A stretch of DNA of 64,000 nt from Minisyncoccota bacterium (GTDB lineage Bacteria; Patescibacteriota; Minisyncoccia; Phycocordibacterales; UBA9973): the NCBI GenBank assembly GCA_041659845.1, contig JBAZXM010000002.1, positions 4 to 64,003 of the forward strand. The letters run 5' to 3'. Of the stretch, positions 58,518 through 64,000 are shown piece after piece. The translations under genes were made by a program, and so were the position numbers. The notes under the pieces are model-generated. The model searched no databases. It saw nothing but the letters and a program-made list of their open reading frames with translations, and was not told where the DNA came from. Position 1 is the stretch's first letter, and each line of letters begins with the position of its first letter.

Positions 58518-58694
58518 CTAAACAAGGTCTACTATATCTGTTGTCTTACCATTTGCCTGATTCCAATTAAGCGATTTTTTTACACCTTGTTTTGAATCAT
58601 AGGCCTCACTACTCATACAAACAATTTCTCCATTGCTTGATTTTAGAATCCAATAGTATTGAGCCTTATTATCTTTCTTGATGTAGTATGTTGC
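58518..58694 (-). CDS. YegP-like (DUF1508) small protein
   Basis: YYIKKDNKAQYYWILKSSNGEIVCMSSEAYDSKQGVKKSL fits the DUF1508 repeat pattern. Confidence 0.45.
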   Translation of the reverse strand, partial: ATYYIKKDNKAQYYWILKSSNGEIVCMSSEAYDSKQGVKKSLNWNQANGKTTDIVDLV

Positions 58695-58816
58695 CATATA
58701 ACCGTATAAGTATTTTGTGATAAATACCAGTTCGACCAATCTGGCATACTCACTTTACATTCTTACATTATCCACAGTCAAGTTGCAAAAAGTGGACAAT
58801 ATGTTAATATCTACGC

Positions 58817-59542
58817 ATGTCTATGTGGATTAAAATAAAGCGCAAAGAAGCCGGTTTTTCCCAGTCGGAAACAGCTAAAAGTCTCGGTATTTCTCGCCCA
58901 ACATACACAAAGCTCGAGCAAGGTCTCGCAAAACCTACAGAGGAACAAAAAGTTCTTCTGGCTCGTATTTTCAATACTTCTTATGAATCTGTTGCTAAAA
59001 ATAGTATGGAGAAGAAAATTATTTCTGAAACCATTTATCCTCAAAGTATACCAAAAGAAAGTGAAGCAAAGTTTAAACAAGTCTTGCTTTACATTGTGAG
59101 CAAGGTTGGTAGTCGGCCAAATATTGGTCAAACTGCCATTTATAAAATTCTTTACTTTATTGATTTTGACTTTTACGAGAAGTTTCAAAAATACTTGATT
59201 GGTGCAACATATATCAAAAATACTCATGGACCGAGTCCAATATCTTTTGCGAAAATCTCGCGTGATTTGGAAGGTCAAGGTAAATTAGTTGAAGTACGGA
59301 GTAAATATTTTAACTATGATCAGAAAAAATACCTAATTACTTCCGAGCCTCAGGTCTCGCTTCTCTCTGCAGAAGAATTGAAGCATATTGATGATGAGCT
59401 TGTTCGACTCGCATCAAAATCAGCAAAAGAATTATCAGATATGTCGCATATTGATACACCGTGGCGTGTGGCTAAGGATAGAGAAGTGCTAAATTATCGT
59501 CACGTATTTTACAGACCGGATGAAACATCTGTATTGAATTAA
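58817..59542 (+). CDS. antitoxin: XRE-family HTH fused to a Panacea (DUF4065, SocA-like) domain
   Basis: N-terminal HTH (AGFSQSETAKSLGISRPTYTKLEQG), then QTAIYKILYFIDFDFYEKFQKYLIGATYIKNTHGP, which is Panacea-like. Confidence 0.55.
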   Translation: MSMWIKIKRKEAGFSQSETAKSLGISRPTYTKLEQGLAKPTEEQKVLLARIFNTSYESVAKNSMEKKIISETIYPQSIPKESEAKFKQVLLYIVSKVGSRPNIGQTAIYKILYFIDFDFYEKFQKYLIGATYIKNTHGPSPISFAKISRDLEGQGKLVEVRSKYFNYDQKKYLITSEPQVSLLSAEELKHIDDELVRLASKSAKELSDMSHIDTPWRVAKDREVLNYRHVFYRPDETSVLN

Positions 59543-59546
59543 TACT

Positions 59547-59891
59547 ATGGCAACCTTCAGTCAGTTACCGGAATTTGAGAAAGAATTAAAAAAGCTTTCT
59601 AAAAAATATTCAAGTTTGGAGAACGATATAGATGATATCAAGCCTGTTCTTTTGAGTTGCCCAACAGGCATAGGAAAAAATTTTACTATCATACATTCCG
59701 ATAATGAAATAAAGATAATAAAGGTGCGAATTCATTGCGAATCACTTCATACGAGAACAATCCGACTTATATATGCGTACCATAAAAATAAAATAGAATT
59801 CATTTATATTGAGCTTTATTTTAAAGGAAATAAAGAAAACGAAAACAAAGATAGAATTGAAGAATATTTAAGAGGTATCAAATCATGCTAA
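59547..59891 (+). CDS. HigB/RelE-like type II toxin (candidate PanT partner)
   Basis: 114 aa. ..IKIIKVRI..RLIYAYHKNKIEFIYIELYFKGNKENE.. is a RelE/HigB-like beta-core. It starts 5 nt after the antitoxin gene. Confidence 0.45.
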   Translation: MATFSQLPEFEKELKKLSKKYSSLENDIDDIKPVLLSCPTGIGKNFTIIHSDNEIKIIKVRIHCESLHTRTIRLIYAYHKNKIEFIYIELYFKGNKENENKDRIEEYLRGIKSC

Positions 59892-59900
59892 AATAACCCT

Positions 59901-60650
59901 ATGTCCGAATTCTATAATCCCAATCGAACAAGGAATATATATGATCCGAAGGAGGAGAAGCCTTTTAAGCTGTCTCGGTCAAAGATTGAACTATATATGA
60001 GTTGTCCGAAGTGCCTTTATTTGGATCGCAGGCTTGGCGTAGGTAGACCACCAGGATTTCCATTTGCTCTCAATTCTGCCGTAGACACTCTATTAAAAAA
60101 GGAATTTGATATACATAGAGCGAAGCAGGTTGCGCACCCGCTTATGAAAGCTTACGGCCTCGATGCTGTGCCTTTTAAACACAAAATGATGAATGAGTGG
60201 CGGGAGAATTTCAAAGGCGTGCAATACTTGCATGAACCTACCAACTTCATTATGACTGGAGCGGTGGATGACCTATGGCACGACAAGGACGGGAATATCA
60301 TTGTTGTAGATTACAAAGCGACAAGCAAACCATCTAAAGTTACACTTGATGCTGACTGGCAGATGGGCTACAAACGCCAGATGGAAATGTATCAATGGCT
60401 GTTGCGCAAGAATGGCTTGAAAGTTTCAGACACCGGCTACTTTGTATACTGTAATGGTAAAACAGATCGTGAAGTCTTTGATGGAAAATTGGAATTTGAT
60501 ATTGATATACTGCCTTATACCGGAGACGATTCATGGGTGGAAGGCGTATTGTATGACATCAAAAGTTGTCTTGATGGTGAAATGCCTGAGCCAAGCTCTG
60601 AGTGTGATTATTGCACATACTGTAATGCAAGGGAAGAAATTGAGAAATAA
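59901..60650 (+). CDS. Cas4/RecB-like PD-(D/E)xK nuclease with Fe-S cysteine cluster (stand-alone)
   Basis: N-terminal Cys pair (YMSCPKCLYLD), motif II TGAVDDLWHD, motif III IIVVDYKAT, a QxxxY motif (RQMEMYQ) and C-terminal CDYCTYC. Confidence 0.55.
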   Translation: MSEFYNPNRTRNIYDPKEEKPFKLSRSKIELYMSCPKCLYLDRRLGVGRPPGFPFALNSAVDTLLKKEFDIHRAKQVAHPLMKAYGLDAVPFKHKMMNEWRENFKGVQYLHEPTNFIMTGAVDDLWHDKDGNIIVVDYKATSKPSKVTLDADWQMGYKRQMEMYQWLLRKNGLKVSDTGYFVYCNGKTDREVFDGKLEFDIDILPYTGDDSWVEGVLYDIKSCLDGEMPEPSSECDYCTYCNAREEIEK

Positions 60651-60651
60651 A

Positions 60652-60915
60652 ATGCAATCATTCCAAGAGAAAGTCTTAAGTATTGTTAAAAAAATTCCTA
60701 AGGGTAAGGTCTTAACTTATAAACAGGTTGCAGAGAAGACGGGGAGTGTGAATGCCTCGCGGGCGGTGGGGAGTATATTGAAGAAGAACTATAATCCGGA
60801 TATTCCATGTCATCGAGTGATCAGAAGTAATGGCGTTGCTGGTGAATACAATCGTGGTCGATCTGAAAAAATCCGCAAACTCAAATCCGAAGGTATAATT
60901 TTCCCAAAGCCCTAA
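60652..60915 (+). CDS. O6-alkylguanine-DNA alkyltransferase DNA-binding/active-site domain protein (short Ogt/MGMT-like)
   Basis: ..VLTYKQVAEKTGSVNASRAVGSILKKNYNPDIPCHRVIRSNG.. carries the PCHRV active-site motif. The internal ATG of the longer overlapping ORF was used. Confidence 0.65.
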   Translation: MQSFQEKVLSIVKKIPKGKVLTYKQVAEKTGSVNASRAVGSILKKNYNPDIPCHRVIRSNGVAGEYNRGRSEKIRKLKSEGIIFPKP

Positions 60916-60955
60916 TTTCTTAACCCATCAACATCTTTCTCCTCTCCCAAATCAT

Positions 60956-60986
60956 ATCTCTAATTCGCTCGAATAGGCGAATAGTT
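60956..60986. promoter_or_regulatory. 31-bp operator-like element, copy A (ATCTCTAATTCGCTCGAATAGGCGAATAGTT), upstream of arsR
   Basis: Contains the inverted repeat ATTCGC-N8-GCGAAT. It is 29/31 identical to copy B. TATAAT at 60996-61001. Confidence 0.55.
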
Positions 60987-61040
60987 AAGCTGGGTGTATA
61001 ATTGATAGATAACAAAATGGAGTATATAAAATAAATAAGT

Positions 61041-61307
61041 ATGAAAGAAAAAGAATTGGAAAAAATATTTAAAGCCCTTGCTAACAAACGCCGTCTTGCG
61101 ATTCTTAAATATATCAAATCAAAAAATCGCGCATCCGTAGGGGATATTGCTGGCGCGATCAAACGCTCATTCAAGGCGACATCCAAGCACTTGATGATTT
61201 TGCGTAATGTAGACATTCTCGATCGCGAGCAAGAGAGTTTGCAAATGTATTACAGTCTAAATAAACCACTACCGAGCATTATTAATGCAACTCTCTCTGT
61301 TCTGTAA
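61041..61307 (+). CDS. ArsR/SmtB family transcriptional regulator
   Basis: ..LANKRRLAILKYI..ASVGDIAGAIKRSFKATSKHLMILRNVDIL.. is the ArsR HTH. Confidence 0.7.
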   Translation: MKEKELEKIFKALANKRRLAILKYIKSKNRASVGDIAGAIKRSFKATSKHLMILRNVDILDREQESLQMYYSLNKPLPSIINATLSVL

Positions 61308-61354
61308 ATATTCATAAAACCTTGTTTTTTTCAAGCCCTATTTTTTAGTATTCA

Positions 61355-61385
61355 ATCTCTAATTCGCGCGAATAAGCGAATAGTT
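61355..61385. promoter_or_regulatory. 31-bp operator-like element, copy B (ATCTCTAATTCGCGCGAATAAGCGAATAGTT), upstream of the dehydrogenase gene
   Basis: Same IR architecture. It sits 53 nt before the ATG at 61438, with TATAAT at 61425-61430. Confidence 0.55.
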
Positions 61386-61437
61386 GGTTTGGGTTCAAAT
61401 AATAAAATTAGATTGCCATAATGCTATAATATAAATT

Positions 61438-62685
61438 ATGAAGAACTTTATTTTTTCCAAAGCATTTAAAATAATTATTATCATTCTGGTTATTGCCGGA
61501 ATTGGTTTGTATCTTTTCAAAACTAAAATCGGTAGCATTAATATACCCACACAAACTCCAGTGTCTGAAACAACTCTACCGAAAGAAGTTGAAGATGCAT
61601 TTATTGCTTCCAACTTTTCAATCCCTGAAGGATTTGGGTTAAATATATTCGCCTCAAATGTCACCGGTGCTCGCGCGCTCGAGATTGATTCGAAGGGGAG
61701 GATTCTCGTTAGTCAGACTAGCGAAGGAAGCATTACAGCTCTTACTGATACAGATAGTGATGGTGTGGCTGATGAACATAAAGTACTCATAAAAGGGCTC
61801 AAGAAGCCCCACGGTATGGCATTCCGATGCGATGGTGCTCTTGGTGCTGAAACATGCTTGCTTTATGTTGCTGAATCAAATGCTCTTTCGCAATTTGATT
61901 ATGATTCCGCAAATCCCTCACTTTCAAATAAAAAGAGGCTCGCTAGTATTTCCTCATCTATCTCAGATAATCACTTCACTCGATCTTTACTATTTATGCC
62001 GTCACCAAATGAAGATACACTGCTTATTTCCGTCGGTTCATCATGTAATGTGTGTATTGAAAAAGATACAGAGTATGCAAAAATTTTGGCCTATGATATT
62101 AAGACAAAAAAACTTACTGAATTTGCTCGCGGTCTTCGAAATTCTGTATTTATGAATTTGAACCCCGTTACCGGTGATGTATGGGCGACAGAAATGGGCA
62201 GGGATTTGTTAGGCGACAATATTCCGCCCGATGAAATAAATATTATCAAAAAAGATAAAAATTACGGATGGCCTAATTGCTACGGCAAAAATATCCATGA
62301 TGATAATTTTGATAAAAATGTATACATACGGAATCCCTGCATGGAGCCGTTTGAAACAGAGTCTCATGTAGATCTACAAGCTCATTCTGCGCCGCTCGGC
62401 TTGTCATTTATCCCGGAAGAAGGCTGGCCAGAATCGCATTGGTATAATCTCCTTGTGGCATATCACGGCTCGTGGAACAGATCAGAACCTACAGGATATA
62501 AGATTGTACGGATTAAACTTGATGCGAAAGGGAAGTATCTAGGCACAGAAGATTTCATCACTGGCTGGCTCACGAAAGATGGTAAGAAGCTCGGTAGGCC
62601 TGCGGATATTAAAATTTTCTCTGGTGGTACTGGGTATATTACCGATGATGGAGCTGGAAGAGTGTATCGTCTAATAAAAAAATAA
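61438..62685 (+). CDS. PQQ-dependent soluble sugar (glucose/sorbosone) dehydrogenase family protein, exported
   Basis: N-terminal TM/signal and a beta-propeller with the hallmark ..KNYGWPNCYG.. motif. Confidence 0.65.
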   Translation: MKNFIFSKAFKIIIIILVIAGIGLYLFKTKIGSINIPTQTPVSETTLPKEVEDAFIASNFSIPEGFGLNIFASNVTGARALEIDSKGRILVSQTSEGSITALTDTDSDGVADEHKVLIKGLKKPHGMAFRCDGALGAETCLLYVAESNALSQFDYDSANPSLSNKKRLASISSSISDNHFTRSLLFMPSPNEDTLLISVGSSCNVCIEKDTEYAKILAYDIKTKKLTEFARGLRNSVFMNLNPVTGDVWATEMGRDLLGDNIPPDEINIIKKDKNYGWPNCYGKNIHDDNFDKNVYIRNPCMEPFETESHVDLQAHSAPLGLSFIPEEGWPESHWYNLLVAYHGSWNRSEPTGYKIVRIKLDAKGKYLGTEDFITGWLTKDGKKLGRPADIKIFSGGTGYITDDGAGRVYRLIKK

Positions 62686-62704
62686 AAGGAGAATAGGTGA
62701 GTTT

Positions 62705-62714
62705 TGTGTATAAT
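62705..62714 (+). promoter_or_regulatory. extended -10 promoter TGTGTATAAT giving a near-leaderless helicase mRNA
   Basis: The -10 ends 10 nt before the ATG at 62725. Confidence 0.4.
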
Positions 62715-62724
62715 AGATTTCATT

Positions 62725-64000
62725 ATGACTCAAGCTGAAGCGCTTAATATTTTAAAATCTGGAGCTAATGTGTATTTGACCGGTAATGCCGGATCGGGCA
62801 AAACATATGTGCTTAACCAATACATCGGTTATTTAAAAGCTCATGGCGTAGAGGTGGCAGTAACTGCTTCTACTGGCATCGCCGCGACTCATATGAACGG
62901 TATCACTATCCATTCGTGGTCTGGGCTTGGTATCAGAGACAGTCTTTCTGATTGGGACCTTGAAGTACTTCAGGAAAAACAAAATTTATTTAAAAGATTC
63001 GAGAAAACGAAAGTCTTGATAATCGATGAAGTCTCGATGCTTCATGCGCGGCAATTAGATATGATTGATCGCATTGCACGGGCATTCAAGCGAAGTGACA
63101 AGCCCTTCGGCGGGATGCAAGTAGTGCTTTCCGGTGATTTTTTTCAATTACCACCGATTACGAGAGATGCGAGTGAGGTATGTTTCGTAGATCAATCAAA
63201 TGCTTGGAAATGCATGGATATTAAAATCTGTTATTTGGAAGAGCAACATCGTCAAGAAAAAGGCGGCATATTTACAAAAATTTTAAATGAAATTCGAAGC
63301 GCGAATGTATCAGAAGAAACAATGCAACATTTTCGCAGTCGATATAGAAAAGCGCCCGAAGGAAGCGTGATGCCGACCAAGCTCTACACGCATAATGCAG
63401 ATGTGGATGCACTTAATAATCGAGAACTTGAAAAATTACCAGGTGATATGGAAGTGTATGAAATGACCTCGCGAGGGAAGGGAAACTTAGTGGAAAATTT
63501 AAAGAAAAGCTGTCTCGCTCCGGAGACGCTTCGCTTAAAAGAGGGTGCGGCAGTGATGTTTGTCAAAAATAATTTTGAAAAAGGATATGCGAACGGCACA
63601 CTCGGAACTGTTATTGGTTTTGATGATTCAGATGCAAGTTTGCCTATTGTGAAATTGAAAGACGGAAGGGAAATCACAGTTTCTTCCGAGAGTTGGGCGG
63701 TGGAGGAGGATGGAAAAGTGAAAGCTGAGATTGACCAAATTCCTCTCCGTCTCGCTTGGGCTATTACAGTCCACAAAAGCCAAGGGATGAGCCTCGATGC
63801 CGCCGAAATCGACCTTTCCAAATCATTCGTCGCGGGCCAAGGGTATGTGGCTCTTTCGCGCCTAAGATCACTCGAGGGGCTTTGCCTCATGGGGCTCAAT
63901 AAAACTGCGCTTGAGGTGGATGCTAGAATTCTAGATCTTGACCAAGAACTTAAAAATCGTTCCGAAGAAATAATGGAAGTTTTTGAAAACCTTGATGAAA
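62725..64000 (+). CDS. PIF1/RecD-family ATP-dependent DNA helicase, 5' portion (continues past the window end)
   Basis: Walker A LTGNAGSGKTYVL, Walker B VLIIDEVSM, ..VVLSGDFFQLPPI.., and C-terminal ..AITVHKSQGMSLD... The frame is open to nt 64000. Confidence 0.75.
   Translation, partial: MTQAEALNILKSGANVYLTGNAGSGKTYVLNQYIGYLKAHGVEVAVTASTGIAATHMNGITIHSWSGLGIRDSLSDWDLEVLQEKQNLFKRFEKTKVLIIDEVSMLHARQLDMIDRIARAFKRSDKPFGGMQVVLSGDFFQLPPITRDASEVCFVDQSNAWKCMDIKICYLEEQHRQEKGGIFTKILNEIRSANVSEETMQHFRSRYRKAPEGSVMPTKLYTHNADVDALNNRELEKLPGDMEVYEMTSRGKGNLVENLKKSCLAPETLRLKEGAAVMFVKNNFEKGYANGTLGTVIGFDDSDASLPIVKLKDGREITVSSESWAVEEDGKVKAEIDQIPLRLAWAITVHKSQGMSLDAAEIDLSKSFVAGQGYVALSRLRSLEGLCLMGLNKTALEVDARILDLDQELKNRSEEIMEVFENLDE

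Noticed and set aside
60442-60651. N-terminal 70 aa of the long ORF 60442-60915
   Set aside because: This part overlaps the 3' end of the nuclease gene in another frame. The conserved Ogt-like domain begins at the internal ATG at 60652, directly after the nuclease stop.
60956-61385. The two 31-bp direct repeats as a possible CRISPR array
   Set aside because: There are only two copies, 399 bp apart, each promoter-proximal to a gene. There is no regular repeat-spacer periodicity and no cas genes. An operator duplication is the better explanation.
63384-63899. 171-aa minus-strand ORF
   Set aside because: It is antisense to the well-supported PIF1/RecD-like helicase frame (Walker A/B and helicase motifs on the plus strand).

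Overview
This is an AT-rich, gene-dense bacterial window of about 70 mostly short genes with small intergenic gaps, consistent with a reduced-genome lineage; a CPR/Patescibacteria-like origin is my inference, not something I can prove from sequence. Housekeeping genes cover most of it. These include the 3' end of a sigma-70 gene fused to a HARE-HTH-like tail, mltG, a DEDDh exonuclease, mnmA, mgtC-family, alaS and infA. A complete rpmJ-rpsM-rpsK-rpsD-rpoA-rplQ-rplM-rpsI block follows, then grpE-dnaK-dnaJ, queC, cysS, rplU, recR-dnaB, trpS, an ABC exporter, aspS, scpA-scpB, a D-Ala-D-Ala carboxypeptidase, mraY and an S9 peptidase. The most notable accessory feature is a 2043-aa secreted polymorphic toxin at 21018-27149. 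It combines a TcB-like SpvB domain, FG-GAP/VCBS calcium-loop repeats, YD/RHS repeats and the RHS core ending in a DPDGN cleavage motif. Its 190-aa C-terminal tip carries LAS/M15-type zinc-peptidase motifs (SWHNYGLAGD ... DHVH), so I predict a peptidoglycan-cleaving toxin. An AT-rich run of three small membrane-anchored orphan ORFs follows (candidate immunity genes), and then a secreted Cys-rich protein that ends in a Hint/BIL autoprocessing domain. The 3' third of the window looks like a defence/mobile island. It holds an MmeI-family Type IIL restriction-modification enzyme, a YegP-like gene, an HTH-Panacea antitoxin with a HigB/RelE-like toxin, and a Cas4-like PD-(D/E)xK nuclease. It continues with an Ogt-like alkyltransferase domain, an ArsR regulator flanked by two copies of a 31-bp operator-like repeat, a PQQ-type sugar dehydrogenase and a partial PIF1/RecD-like helicase. 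Regulatory structures that I could not match to any known operator class are a 10-bp-arm inverted repeat in the grpE promoter next to a divergent wHTH gene, a 44-bp near-perfect palindrome, and two long perfect palindromes (36 and 42 bp) that share a CCATGG core and show compensatory variation, downstream of rpsI and dnaJ. I found no rRNA or tRNA genes and no CRISPR array.
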